A DNA stretch of 64,000 nt from Balanoglossus misakiensis (lineage: Eukaryota > Animalia > Hemichordata), in the NCBI GenBank assembly GCA_040954595.2, contig CM082585.2:3068902-3132901 (forward strand), given 5' to 3'. Below are positions 41,601 to 56,300 of the stretch, piece after piece (the first letter of the stretch is position 1; each line of letters opens with the position of its first letter). Below the pieces are notes generated by a model. The model ran no database searches, was not told where the DNA came from, and saw only the letters and a list, made by a program, of their open reading frames with translations. Position numbers and translations under genes: made by a program.

Positions 41601-44306
41601 GTACACACGTGCACACACTGATGATTCCATGCAGATGGCGTGTTGCTTCATTTGATTTTTTTCCGACTGCATTACTGACCATAAACATTCAATAAAAGAA
41701 ACTATCATATATCCACAACAGTCAGTTTAAGAATGTTGAGACTACACAGTGAAAATGGTGTCGACTATAACAAATTACATTATATCATGCTACCGTTCGC
41801 CATTCTGATTGGACGAGAGCTAAATCCAGCGATGGTAAAATATTGTTTTACAAGTGCTGACAGTGCTAAAATGGGCCCCTGAACTAGCATTAAGCAGGAA
41901 AAATGCGGGGTTAAACCACAGTCGCGTGGGATTAAACCAAATAAAAAACATAAAAACACTTGAATTTACGGACGTTTTATTTTCGAGCTGCTCTGCTCTG
42001 AATAGTTTGCAATGCACTTTGCCACGCGCGAAACTGGTTTTGTCACTTCTCGATCCCGGGCCGCTCATGTTTACATTTATCGTTGCGAGCTTGGTTCACG
42101 ATCGTAATTTCTTCTTCTGGCGCTGTTTCGTTGAAAAAACGACACCGATATGCCACAAAATCAATTGTTGATATAATATAATAGCAATAACCCGCGCCTG
42201 AGTCCGGGTATACGCTCGATTTGGGTACAATTCGATCCATATAGCACTCGCATGACGGCTCGCGCTATATGTCTCGAATTGTATCAAAATCTCGTGTATA
42301 CCCGCTTGCGGCGGGGGTTATTGCTTAAGTGAACGTCTTACATGAGTTGTGAGCATCACTGCACTGTTATGCCTTTAAGATTAACACATTTGATGGGAAT
42401 GGTCAAGAAAGTCTCAGTGATATCGCCCGCTCAGTCGCTGCATCATTGCAGATTTGGATCCAAGACCATTTACATGTATTTTCCTACAGTGCATAAAGCC
42501 TATAGGCTATACGGTCGCCGTTTTCTTTGTTCTTATACGTCCGTTTAATTGTAGACTAGACCACTGGGTCGCTGGGTGATGTCTCTTAATTTTTACTCAA
42601 TACTGTTTGTGTGTTTTCTTGCTTTGTGCGAGTTTCTGGTACTGATCTGAGTTTCGGAGTCGGTGCTAAGTATTTTGCTACAATATTGGAGCGGCCTCGT
42701 GCTTTACTTGGCGGGATTATTTTCCCCCGTGAGATATGCAAATTATGAACTGTCGCTGATCATTCAAAAAAATCTCCCAACAAGTCGTCCCGTTGAGTTC
42801 CGTTCGCCCTCGAAGTTCGGCCTTACACAAATGTAATCGATTCTCTAACAATTTTATTCGACTTGTTGCCACGTCTTATACATTTCGTTGGCCGATGGAA
42901 TATAGAGGTTCAAACGTCACGCTGAACTGGCTCGAAACAATTTCTCACGCTGATTCGACTCGGGATGTACCTAGGGCTATGTACCGGGACCTGGACCCGA
43001 CAGCCACAAGCGTCCATGATAGTTGCGTCGACTGTCTTCTTTCCGAATTCCACCTTTCTGATTTGAGCTTACAAAGACATATTGTCATGGAACCGTCATT
43101 TTATTATTTCATTCCTGTATTGTAAATGCCGGCACACGTACTTTTTCTGTTTGACAACAAAGCTACAGCGAATTGGTGGAAATAGTTCCGGTTGGCTAGT
43201 TATATCCTGCGAAACAACGAAACGACGTAACAACGAAGAAGTAAAAAAAAAGAAAGAAAAATTAATCTACTGACATAATATGCTGCATGACTCAACTACA
43301 TGTTGTATGCCGATGACTCGCAGATTTATGTTGTGTGCAAGAGACCTGATGAAGTTCAAGTTCCTCTTGAGATATGCGTAGACGAATTTCGCAGGTGGAT
43401 GAGATCCAATATGTTAATTCTTAATGACAATAAGACAGAGGTGATTCAGTTTTCGTCACGTCTGAGATCAGATGCGGTGAAAATTTCCAGCCTTAGGATA
43501 GGCGAGTTTGATATAGCCCCGTCGACTTCAGTTCGCAATCTTGGTGTTAAGCTCAACAACGACGGTTCCGCTTCTGATCATATTAGTCATGTCTGCAGGA
43601 AAGGTTTCTACGCACTATCTAGAATTGGCAAGATCCGTCCATTATTGGACAAACATACAACGGAAAAGATGGTACATGCATTCATTACGTCTCAGCTTGA
43701 TTATTGTAATAGTCTCCTGTATGGTATTAATAAGGCTCAGCTGGATCGCCTACAATCGCTTCAAGATGCTGCGGCTCGTCTTGTCTCCCGGACTCGGAAG
43801 TTCGATCACATCACACCTGTTCTCATTGATCTGCACTGGCTGCCGGTTGATGCTCGCATCAAATTCAAAATTTTGTTAACTACCTATAAAATCATTTATC
43901 GCTTTGCACCACTTTATTTAATCGATTTGCTTGAAATTTACACCCCTGTCAGAGATCTCAGATCAGCTGACTCTTTGCGGTTGGTGCCACCTCGTGGAAA
44001 TTTTAATAAGGCATATGGGCAGAGAGCATTCTCTGTTTGTGCACCTGCTCTGTGGAATTCGCTGCCGTCTGTGATTCGCAACGCCAGATCTGTTGACTGT
44101 TTTAAACGCCGTTTAAAAACTCATCTTTTTCAATCATATTTGTGATCGAATTTTTTAAGGATCATCTTCTGTATGGTTTTTAGACGGACTTTTAATTGGG
44201 AATTTTAACTGAGACTTTTTAATTTTTCTGCTGTTTTTATGATTCTTTTATCACCGTCTTTTGTAACTCGCACTGAGACGTATGTGTAGTGCGTGTAAGA
44301 AATAAA

Positions 44307-44341
<35 letters not shown>

Positions 44342-47300
44342 GTTAAGGGGTTTAAAGAATTATATAAACAATTCATCAATTTAATGTACAATCATTCCTG
44401 ATTCTTCAGATTCATAATTTAGCGCTAAAGACATCATTTTTCAAAGTGGCCTATATCTAAAATTGCAGACGTTACTACGCTTTCGGTTAGAGATTTTCTA
44501 CATATTCACGAAAAGACCACGGGTATTGTTAACACTATTTAAAATCTCTTTACCCGGTGAGTCTGGTGGCGTGTGTACTACAGATCGAAGGTACAAAACT
44601 TCGCTCGAAACCCAACGCGAGTTGGAGACCAAGTTTATCTACGTACAACATTGTAGCAATTTTTCGTATGTTTGCGCGCGCTCTGGAATCACGCGATGTC
44701 AACTGAGTGTGAACGGCTAGTTATACTTTGCGAAACAACGAAACAACGAAACAGCGAAACAACGAAACAACGAAACATGACGATACCATTATTAAAATAG
44801 GGGCCAGTCATCAAGACGGTGGCGTATGATTTTTTTAAGTACGTTTCCAAATTAAAACGTAAGCGAGCCAAGAAAACTACAGGTCAGATAAATTGTTTTC
44901 TCGTTAATTCAACATTAGAATCAAATTTGACGTTGGAAACAAACGGCGGGTCGCCAGTTCCTGGTCTGGGGACTGGTACTAGTGGTAGAGTCGTGTGCGC
45001 GCGCGTATATTCTCCTGCCGTTCTCTTACCCTTACGAAGCCTCAGTGTTCCGGTTAGAATCGTATCGGTAAGAGAAAGACAGAAGAGCTGACATACAACA
45101 AACTTATTCAGTTTCTATCATATAAATATTTCTCCACTTTCTCTGAATAAATCCCTGTGCTGTGACATGTTTGAGAAATGTACTGTAGGCCTACACGATT
45201 CATGTCAAACTGCTACATATACACAGTGAATATACGCGCGCACACACGACGCGACTCTACCACTAGTACCAGTCCCCAGACCAGGAACTGGCGACCCGCC
45301 GTTTGTTTCCAACGTCAAATTTGATTCTAATGTTGAATTAACGAGAAAACAATTTATCTGACCTGTAGTTTTCTTGGCTCACTTACGTTTTAATTTGGAA
45401 ACTTACTTTAAAAAATCATACGCCACCGTCTTGATGACTTGCCCCTATTCTAATAATGGTATCGACATGTTTCGCTGTTTCGTTGTTTCGCTGTTTCGTT
45501 GTTCCGTTGTTTCGCAAAGTATAACTAGCCAGTGTGAACGAGCTGTTCGCGTCGTGTCGTCTGCCCAGTTTTCGTGGCTAAAACGACAGGAATAATACCC
45601 CAGTTGGCTTTAGAATTGCACATATCGTGAGATTTGAGCGCCATAGAAACCGCAGATATCGTGGAACAGGAAGGTTAGTGTTAAAATTATTGTTTTTAAT
45701 CAAAGTATTGACCTCTGAGTTATGCTGCGTTTGTGTCAGTGTCAAACGGACGCAATGTTTACACGGCAGCAAAATAGAATCGGGGAAATGAAGACATGTT
45801 AGCACGATACTTTGGATTTCGTGTTATTATTTCTCGGGAATTTTATTGTTTTCTCAGACGAGGTGACAGGAAAGACACACGAGGCATCTCGCGGTTCCGT
45901 TTTCAATGTTGAATTTTATGTTTTGACTGCATTTGTGTGTCAGCTGTCAGGTCTTCGCATTCATCAGAAGCTATCATGCGTCGCTGAGATTTGATTCTTC
46001 ATAAACGAAAATGATTTCATAACCATACCAAATAAAACATTTCCAGAAATTTAGAAGTTTGCGGACTTTTCTGCTATTTGTCTATTTAGTGTTGAAGTCA
46101 CGCTGAACTGCCAAATTTAACACAGAATCGCCGTGAACATTCGAACAGTGTACTTCTTCTACGAGTGTGTCCTGTAACTGCCTTCCTTCGATAACCATAC
46201 AACAACAAATAGACGGTAAACGTTTATGCAATACCAATGGATTTATGTTTTAAAACTGGTCGACAGTCAGGAAATATGCATGAACAATTGATTGGTTGGA
46301 TTTCCCAGCCAAACTATCGTACCTTGTGATTTTTTTTGTAGTGAAACTGGAAATCGGCAGGCTGCATTGCAAGTTATTCTGCACATGCGCAGTTCCTCTG
46401 TCTTGAAAGAAAAGTCAAATTTAACCAACTTATTAATGTGCATTCGGAAAAAAAATCCCAAATGTTTTTTTGGTGACCAAAAATACTGCCAGTGTGATTT
46501 TGTGTTCGAAACCAAGCTATTATTATTTAAATTGACTTGTGATACCCTCTCTCAGCACATAAAGCATAATTTCAGCCCCAAAATGGTTGCCATAGAAACA
46601 TGTGATCACTAAACGGATATCATTTTTGTTCTTTTTGAGCCAAGATACCCCTATGGTGAAATTTTTGTGGAAATCGGACCTATTATTATTAAAATTATTA
46701 TTTTTATATAATTCTTTATTTAATTATATTCTCCTATATCCGCCGATTACTCGTGTCTTTGTCTAACAGAAAAAGTACGTGTATTTACGGCATTTACAAT
46801 ACAGGAATGAAATAAAAACAATGACGGTTCCATGACAATATCGCTTTATAGGCTCAAAACAGAAAAGTGGAATTCGGAAAGAAGACAGTCGACACAACGA
46901 TCATGGACGCTTGTGGCTGTCGGGTCCAGGTCCCGGTACATAGCCCTAGGCGGCGCGAGTCCCAGTTCGAGCCGTGACGACTGATCCTCTATATTCCACG
47001 GGCCAACGAAATGTATAAGACGTGGCAACAATGTCCAATAGACACTTTCTGTGTATGATCATGTTAATATAATAAAGGAAATTTATCAGTGAAGGCTATG
47101 TAATAGTTTCACTGGTTCCAATGTAATTTTGGCAACATACATACATACATACATACATACATACATACATACATACATACATACATACATACATACATAC
47201 ATACATACATACATACATACATACATACATACATACATACATACATACATACATACATACATACATACATACATACATACATACATACATACATAAGTGT

Positions 47301-50300
47301 GTCTTATTCGAAAATGCTTTAACATGACTCTTTAGTCTGCATCAAAGAAAGAGGGGGAGAGAGAAAGAGAGAGGGAGAGAGTAGTCATTGTATTGGTCAA
47401 TGACTTTAGGATCACGTGTTTCTTTTCGACAAAACAGGTTATTTCCGAAGGGGATTTCAGGATCTACCTTGAAATAAGTAATTACCACACAACATGTGTG
47501 TATGTATGTATGTGTGACCACCACGGGCGACTTATAGTTGTCCTTTTTCTCCTTTGATGTTGTGCTTTGATCATTCCCGACACTATTGGAGTCTTTGGGC
47601 TAACTTGGTGGGTATACCCTTCAAATATAGACAATACTGAAATCACGTGTCACTAATTTCAGCATGCAGGGGAATATGAAGATAAAAAAGAATAACACAC
47701 AGGTATTGCATGAAAATGGACCGTTCTCAATTAAGAACAGACTTGTACCAACAAATGCGCCAAAATGTGTATAGTTTTCTTCGATTTTTAGATAGAGCAA
47801 CTATATTGCTGATAACAAACTGCATTAACACATGCAGGCGGCGGAATCACTGCAAAGACGATGACGCAAACCTAGCAATGCCGAAAATACTTGAAATTAA
47901 TGGACCGATTTTCGTGTATTGCGGAAACCGACTTTCGTTGTTGAGTGTTCCATTCAAGGACAACAATTAAATGTTCCATATAAAACTATGGTTGACTTAA
48001 GTATCAGTACAGTTTCTATACTACATGTTGAACTTTCTATTTTTACTAACCCGCACGTTTCATATGCCAACACTGTGATAGTTGTATAACTCACTGGCAG
48101 TGCACCCAAAGTAGAGTATACGCAGTCAAAATGGCATGTCACCATTAATGATGCCTTTGCCCGCATATTCAGCATGTCTAAAAGCCTCTAGAGGTGCCAC
48201 TTTTTGCATTATTTTCATGATTTCATTTTCCAACTTATATATGTACATCATTTATAAACTTACTGTTAGGTATACATGAACACCTTATCGATGCTCGATT
48301 GTGATTGCATGTTGCAATTTGAACGTGCTATGTATTAAAAAGGTGCCGCACCGTTTTAATTAGCCTCCATACAAACTGTACGCAGCTATCGTGGTATGCG
48401 TCGTCAAGAGATGACAAACTGATGCAAATGCAAGTAATATGGCTTAATGGTGAAGATTTTAAAGGATAGGGAATATACTTGAAGTATTTTACAGTGGAAG
48501 AAATATGTGAAATTTGGCAGCTATAGGGGCTTTAACCCTTCTTCTCGCCACCGTAACAGCCGTGACAGCCGGTGCATTTTCCCTAATTGAAAATGACCGT
48601 AAACAGGAAACTCGAGATATATTCAAGTGTCGAAAATTACTTCTGGGAACACAACGATGTTCCAAGCAGAGGCCAGCGGCATACATGCGGGTAAAAGCCC
48701 GGCACGCTCCATCAGTAGCCCGTTCGAAGCAGTCGCGCACTGAAATTGGCCGCACCTTCCATTCAAATGAAGAAAGCCATCGTGATTTTCGGAAATTCAA
48801 GGCTGGGGGGAAACTGTCACATTTGGTTGATTACTCTCACAAATGGAGATTGCACCTCTTCAGTACCAGTACCCTCGGGTCTGAACCATGTGCACCTTCG
48901 ATGCAACGATTTATCCGTCAGTCCTAAGCCGTTTCAATACTCTCGTTTATTTTCACTTCACCTAGCCCACTAGCATGAACATGCACTCCCAGATGAGCTT
49001 CGTATTTCGAAACTTGCCACAGCTGTTATATGTTCTTTGACAGCACTCCAAACGCAATCCATGTACAGTACACATGCACACACTGATGACTCCATGCAGA
49101 TGGCGTGTTGCTTCATTTGATATTTTTGCGACAGTATTACTGACCATAAACATTCAATGAGATAAACTATCATATATCCACAAAAGTCAGTTTTAAGAAT
49201 ATTGAGACTACACAGTGAAAATTGTGTCGACTATAGCAAATTATATTATATCATGCTACCGTCCGCCATTCTGATTGGACGAGAGCTGAATCCAGCGATG
49301 GTTACAACTGCTGGAAGTGCTAAAACGGGCCTCTGAACAAGCATTAAGCAGGAAAAATGCGGGGTTAAACCACAGTCGTGTGGGATTAAACCAAATAAAT
49401 AACATAAAAACACGTGAATTTACGGACGTTTTATTTTGGAACTGCTCTGCTCTGAATAGTTTGCACTTTGCCACGCGCGAGGCTGGTCTTGTCACTTCTT
49501 CGTCGTCTGCTTCATGTTTAATGCTCGATCCCGGGCCGCTCATGTTTACATTTATCGTCGCGAGCTTGGTTCACGGTCGTAATTTCTTCTTCTGACGCTG
49601 TTTCGTTGAAAAAATGAGACTGATATGCCCCAAAATCAATTGTTGATATAATGTAATATCAATAACCCGCGCCTCAGTCGGGTATACGCTCGTGCTATAT
49701 GTCTCGAATTGTACCAAAATCTCGTGTATACCCGCTTGCGGCGCGGCAGGGGTTATTGCTTAAGTAATTGTCTTATAAAACAATGACGGTTCCATGACAA
49801 TATCGCTTTATAAGCTCAAAACAGAAAGGTGGAATTCGGAAAGAAGACAGTCGACGCAACGATTATGGACGCTTGTGGCTGTCGGGTCCAGGTCCCGGTA
49901 CATAGCCCTAGGCGGCGCGAGTCCCAGTTCGAGCCATGACGACTGAACCTCTATATTACACGGGCCAACGAAATGTATAAGACGTGGAAACAAGTCGCAG
50001 TAAAATTGTTAGAGAATAGATTATATTTGTGTAAGGCCCAACGGAATTCAACGGGACGACTTGTTGAGAGAATGTAAGAATTATCAGCGATAGTGCATAA
50101 TTTGCATATCTCGTGGGGGAAATAATCCCACTAAGTAAAATCAGAGGCCGCTCCAATATTGTAGCAAGATACTGAATTTTTTAGTCCTGCCTATTCTAAC
50201 GTAAAATAAGAAGACTGTTCATGTGATAAATATATAATCCCATGCTATCTTTCTTTGTTTAACGTCATCGTATACTCATGGTTTTCGCGGAAGCGTACAA

Positions 50301-53300
50301 CTTCTCGCCTGCGGCTCGAAGTTGCACTTCTCCCCGAAAACCACTCGTATACGATGACGTCAAACGAAGAAAGATATCATCGGATTATGTATAAATATAC
50401 ATCGACTCTGTCATCAAGGCATACTCTAGACGAATCTTTCAAGAGAAGATTTGCAGGGAGCACTCAGCAAGCCACTAAGTCAGGCAAAAAGCAACTGACT
50501 GAACAAAACACTTGTTCTCAAATTGTGGTAAGTATAAATATCTACTCTGTGTGCGGACTTCGACACGCAATTGTATGTACACGGAAAATGCATTTACGTA
50601 GTCTAAAAGTGAAATCAAAGCTGGAAAATTCGACTTGTTTATTTTTACGCCTAGATGTGCACGGCGTCTCGTCATTTACCGATTAAGTTACGTTACAAAA
50701 TACCAAATTTCACTTCAGAAATTATCATAGTCAATTTTGCCTATTTTTTTTTAAATTCCCTCTTTCTGGGCGTTATTCCAGATTGAATGACGCATACAGT
50801 ATGAAAGCAGTTTTGTGTTTTTGCTGCTTGGTTTTAATCATCAAAGGAGATACGATGATGGTATGGACGCGTTCAACTGGTACGGGCTATGGAACGACAC
50901 CCTCGAGATCCACTGGAATGACGAGCATGAAACAGGAGGACTTCACGAGCAGTGCGTCTTTGGCAAAACTATCTCGTCGGACCCCCAGAATCACGAAGAC
51001 TGTGCCAATATCTCCACCAAGCACTTCACCCCAGCCCAGCCTAACCTCAAATCAAGCGACAAGTCGTCCAACATTGCAGTCGACAACGATTGAAGACTCA
51101 TCTTTCGACAACGGAAGACCTCTGACAAGAACCACTCAACCAAAGTCTAAAGAAACGAAAACATCAACGACACCGGCGGAATCCTTCTCACCGTCATCAG
51201 TGACACGTTCCCGACTGCCGGTGACGCCGAGCAGCACAGCCGCGCCAACTCTAGCTCCTCGAAATTATTATTTGGATGCTGAGTCACTGCAGTGCCGTTA
51301 TCCAAACACGGGATTTCGTATGGACTCGTGCCTCACGCTAAGCGGCCTTGTTTGTAACGGCCCCGCTACCGTGAAGCTGAGAAACTATGAAAATACAATG
51401 TGTAGCTGTGAGCCTAAATGCTTAGTGCGTGAAGACTGCTGTCACGACTACATAGACAGATGCCTTGGTGACAGTAGACAGGTGCGTGACCCCGATGAAA
51501 TATGGGTGCCAGAATATTGTATGCACGCCACTGGTGAGAGGCTCGACGTTATGGCGACGCACAAATGTCCCAGAGACTGGCCATACGAGAATGTCCGACA
51601 ACAGTGTGAAACCGCAAGTGGTAAGACACATCTTACCTTTGTCACTATCTGTCAGTTTGACCTTTTTGGCTCTACACTTAGCAAAACAGCTAGACTATAC
51701 ACGCGCAAGGCGCAAGGTGCCCGCCGGGAAAGTGCCGGTCTATTAGTATAAGAGCGTTCGCGTCGCATTACCTGGAGACGATTGAACCTAGCGAATTTCA
51801 TCATTTGTTCTAACTGTTAATTTCTAAAACATTACATTAAATGGATTTCTTTACACTGAAGGTGCTAAAATCATTTTCTTCACGACGAATGATCCAATCT
51901 TTCCGTTTTTAACACGTCATTGTTATGTACTAATCAAACCGGCAGATATTTACATGAGATGAGATGAGATTAGATGAGATTGGATTAGACTATTACCAGC
52001 TGCACGCGCGAAAAAAACGAGACACTATTTACCATTAATCCTTTGAGTCGCTTGTGTCCCAACACACAAAGTTGATGTATAGGCGTTGAGGGTCAGTACC
52101 GTAGACAATGGGTTGCGGAGAGATGTTAATCTTTACACCGGCTCTGGTCTGACTGGTAAAGCCGTCTCAAATCCGTGGTATGTAAGAGGTCAAACATTGA
52201 CAAAGTGAGCGTCAAATAGAGCGTCGCGCACTTTGTAGAAAATGAAAAACTGAGCGTGCAACTGAGCATCCTCGCCGTATGATGGCCGTACAGTCGTAGA
52301 TCCTGCAGACGTAAAGTTATCCGAAATTTAATTTAGTTCGTAGTTACAACAACCCACTTATATTGTTATAATTATAGCCCAATGAGACTGTACTTAAAAT
52401 GTCGTACATACGTTGAGTGCAGCGCGGCTTGGGCGTGGCAGCAGCCACCGTAACCAGAGCAACCACCACGCATGGATCTACCTCCATGCACCCCTGAAGG
52501 CATAACCCATGCCGTGACAATATAGTTATTATCCGTTGTCAAAATGCGATAATCTCAGTTTTGAGCGTGAACTTGTGCTTTGGCGAGCTCAATTTCGTAG
52601 CAGATCGAAAGCTATCGATTTCGGACCTCTCAGCTTGATTATTACCAATAAAAATTGTCAACTGAAGAAATTGCCGCACCGTAGTAACTATGATCAGGCC
52701 GGAGCGAGAATAGAGGCAACCACTTTTAGCTTCCTTATTTCCAAAAGCCTTCCGGAATCATAATGCGTCGATTCCAACGTGCATGTTTTGGTTCCCGTAC
52801 TCGCCATGTTGTGCTACCCATGCAAGCAATGGCACACGGAAATCACCCCCCCCCCCCCGGCAGCCTAGGAATTTGCGTGTAATTACTCATTTTTGCGCCT
52901 AAGTCTTTTTTACTTGGGGAGTTAAAATCCACTCAAGTTAGCAAGTTCCACCCAAGCATTTTTTCCACGTTCAGTTTAACGCTTAGTTTGACATTTTCCA
53001 CGCTCAGTTCGATGCTCAGTTTGTCGAATTTGGGACCCTTACATACCAGGCTCTTCTGGTTGTTTATACGATTTTCACCACTGTCAAATGATAGACTACA
53101 CTGTTATATGTCAAATATAAAGGGCGTCAACTGGTACCAGAGTCGGACAAAACGTGTCCACACACACCAGGCTTAGACCAGGGTCGGCCAGAGACAACCC
53201 CTTTCGACCTGGACACAAAATTGTCCGGACAAGGGTCGGCCAGACCCGTTCACACCTGTTTTTCTGCTCGGCCACGTACCTGGCTAGGAAAAAGGGCCTA

Positions 53301-56300
53301 GCCTTTTTTGAGCAATGTGGACGGCCTAATAATTATATAAGATTAATTTGTTTATTCGTAAAATAAGCTTGCATAAACAGAAAGCATTCGGTTCAGGCAT
53401 CACCAATACTATAGTCAGACTCACCATCCCTCGTGCAGAATACAAATTGTGAAGTTGCCCTCGCCGCGCTGAAATATTGGCACCATGCAGAAGCCAAAAT
53501 TCGAAGGCACCTGTTGCGTTTGTTATTGCAAACAAGAATGATGAAGTCCTATGAAATGGGAATTTCATAAAGCTACACGTATGCATTAATCATTCCAAAT
53601 TTATGCATTTTTTGTATTTATTTTTCTGTCATGATTAGCCATGTTACTGAGCAAAATGAATTGTCTATAATTGAATCTGAAATTGAAATTCCTGAAACTC
53701 CCCAATAAAATTATGTTAAATAAGTACTACAGGGGAGCTTCAACCTACCCAGGTGAATCTTGGCTGGCGCACCCGACTTTGACATAACCTGTGTGCGGAC
53801 GTTGCAAGGATTCATCTTGGGTATGAGTTTCAGTCATATGGTCTTCGTCTCATTATATATGCAGTAAAATGTTTTGACTAAAATGGCGGCCCTTTCATTT
53901 ATAGCGCACGGCCAGCGGCGGGAATGGGGCTTGGGACTATGTAATCGCGTGAAGTGCAGTATCATCGTCTTAAACCACTGACGGTTCTATTTACAGCAAC
54001 AACTACTCCGTCGCGAGAATGCACAGTATATCGATGTTTTGGTCCTCGTATGTGAAATGTTCGAGTCCTTTTAAAGATATAGGTATACATGTATCAGCCA
54101 TCATGATAAAGTGATTGAACACTACTACTGTTATTTTAGTCAATATCATGGACATTGTATTTTAAGAAGGCTGTAACTATGAGTTAACGATGATCCCGGA
54201 GGCAAAACATGACAAGCTTGGAAATGTCGCTTGTTTGACAACAACGCCAATACCGTGATTGTTACAAACTTGAAACACAAAGGTTCTGTAACACAAATTA
54301 TCTGGGGAAAAGTTCATATCAAAAAGGAAAACACGAATTCCTACTCCCGAGCCTTGCTAACAAAGTAAAATGTATGTTGCATTTTTCTTTACAGATGCTT
54401 CCGTTTTTGATGTGACTCCTGTAATTGACTCTGTCGGTGAAACGGTGTACAACAATATCCACTGCGCTATTTGTAATGGAGTGAATGAATCGAGCCTGCA
54501 CTTTTCGTCGTTGTTGTGGAAATGCATTGAAGACTTCATGGTGCACGATTTCAGCTCGAATATTTCCTCTTCTATTTCCTTCGCGATGTCATCAGAAGTG
54601 TGTTCAATGACGCCGCATATTGAGGCCGATCTCAGGCACGGTGTAAGTGAATGTTTCAGGCCCATAGACACATGCCCTGCTGATTACCACAACGACACAA
54701 TTGTTGATCTGTGTCACAGTTATTCAGCAGTAGTTGGGGTGTTAATATTAAGCGGAAGAGCTAGGGGATATAAGTATTACAAGAACATTCATTGTGCAAT
54801 ATGCGATGGCGTTGCAATCAATCCTTCATATGTTACATGCGGTTTACCGCCCCTTGAGTGGATAGTCTCTTTCCGAGTCCCCACTTTTGATATATTGTTT
54901 GACTTCAACGCACAGGGAGAACATCGACTGTTTACTTCTAGAGCCACTAGAGTTCAAGAGCAATGGAGCTGCGAACATGGCCGAATCTTTGATATGTTCC
55001 AAGGAAAATGTATTTTGAGACACGTCTTTGATTACGACAATTTGGATATGAACACGAAATTGGAAATGAATCCTCTATCAGAACGGGCAGAGCTGAATGA
55101 CTTCTTTGTAACGTCAGCTCACGATAAACATCCCGCCATTTTGCTCACTTTTCGCGTTTCTTTGCCATCGGTGAAAGTGGAAGCGTGCGACTTGTTCAAC
55201 CTCAAAGAAACCGTGACGTCACTAGTACGAAATCTGTCCGTTATTTACGCACACAACATTTCCAACTCACATTACAATTGTGAAAGAACAGAGGATTTTG
55301 ATGATTTACTTGTAACTCTGTCTCTTGTAGTTCACGTTGACTCAAATTTTACCGGTAATTTTCTCCCAACAGCGTGTGCGGCAACCTGGTTTCTAGTAGG
55401 CTTAGAATTGCTGACGGCAGGCTTTGTCGTCAGGTCGGTCACTTTTGAAATGTTGAACCCCGGTTGTAGTAACAAAACCGAGCAAGTCACATTTGAGAGT
55501 CGCATATTAAAGTACACCAATATGACTGTAAATGAAGAACCAATGGCTAACATGACATGGAAGTACAATTCCCAACCTTTTGTGTCTAAAACATGTTATT
55601 ACACTCATAAAAGTCCAGCCTCACCAGATATACAACTAATGGTCAAACTGTGCAAATCTCCGAACAGAAACGTTGATGATTTTATAACGAGTTGTACAGG
55701 AGTGATTTTGAGATTTTCTGAAGGCAATTTCCGTGTGAGCGACGACGTTCTTTCGGTTGAATCATCAGTTTATCCAAAGGGAAAGTTTGTTCTATCGAAA
55801 GACCGTTCTCAAGCCTTCGTGTGTCAGTCCAAGAAAAGAATGGCCACGTTTTGGAACAAGAAGTCTAAAACAAAACTGAAACAGCTATTAACTCTTGTTG
55901 GATGTATTCTGTCCATAGTCTGTCTTTCTGTCACAACCATCACAATCTCTCTTTTCAAACAGATGAGAACTCGTCCAGGAAAGATTATACTAAACTTGGC
56001 CATAGCTCTTTTGATCGCACAGCTTTTGTTTATCACGGTCTTAGACTGGACAACGTTTGCATGGCTGTGCAAAACAGCTGCTATTGTATCGCACTACATT
56101 TGGCTGGCAGCATTCTGTTGGATGAGTGTCATGGCCTTTGACATCGTGTACATGCGCACACAACTGACACGAGCCGATATGGGGAATAGCAACATATTTG
56201 TGTACTACTGTGTGTATGCCTGGTTGGTACCATTCGTTTTCGTTGGAGTCTGTGTAGTGATCGATCATACTGCTCCGTATGGTTTCCGAGTTGGTTACAG

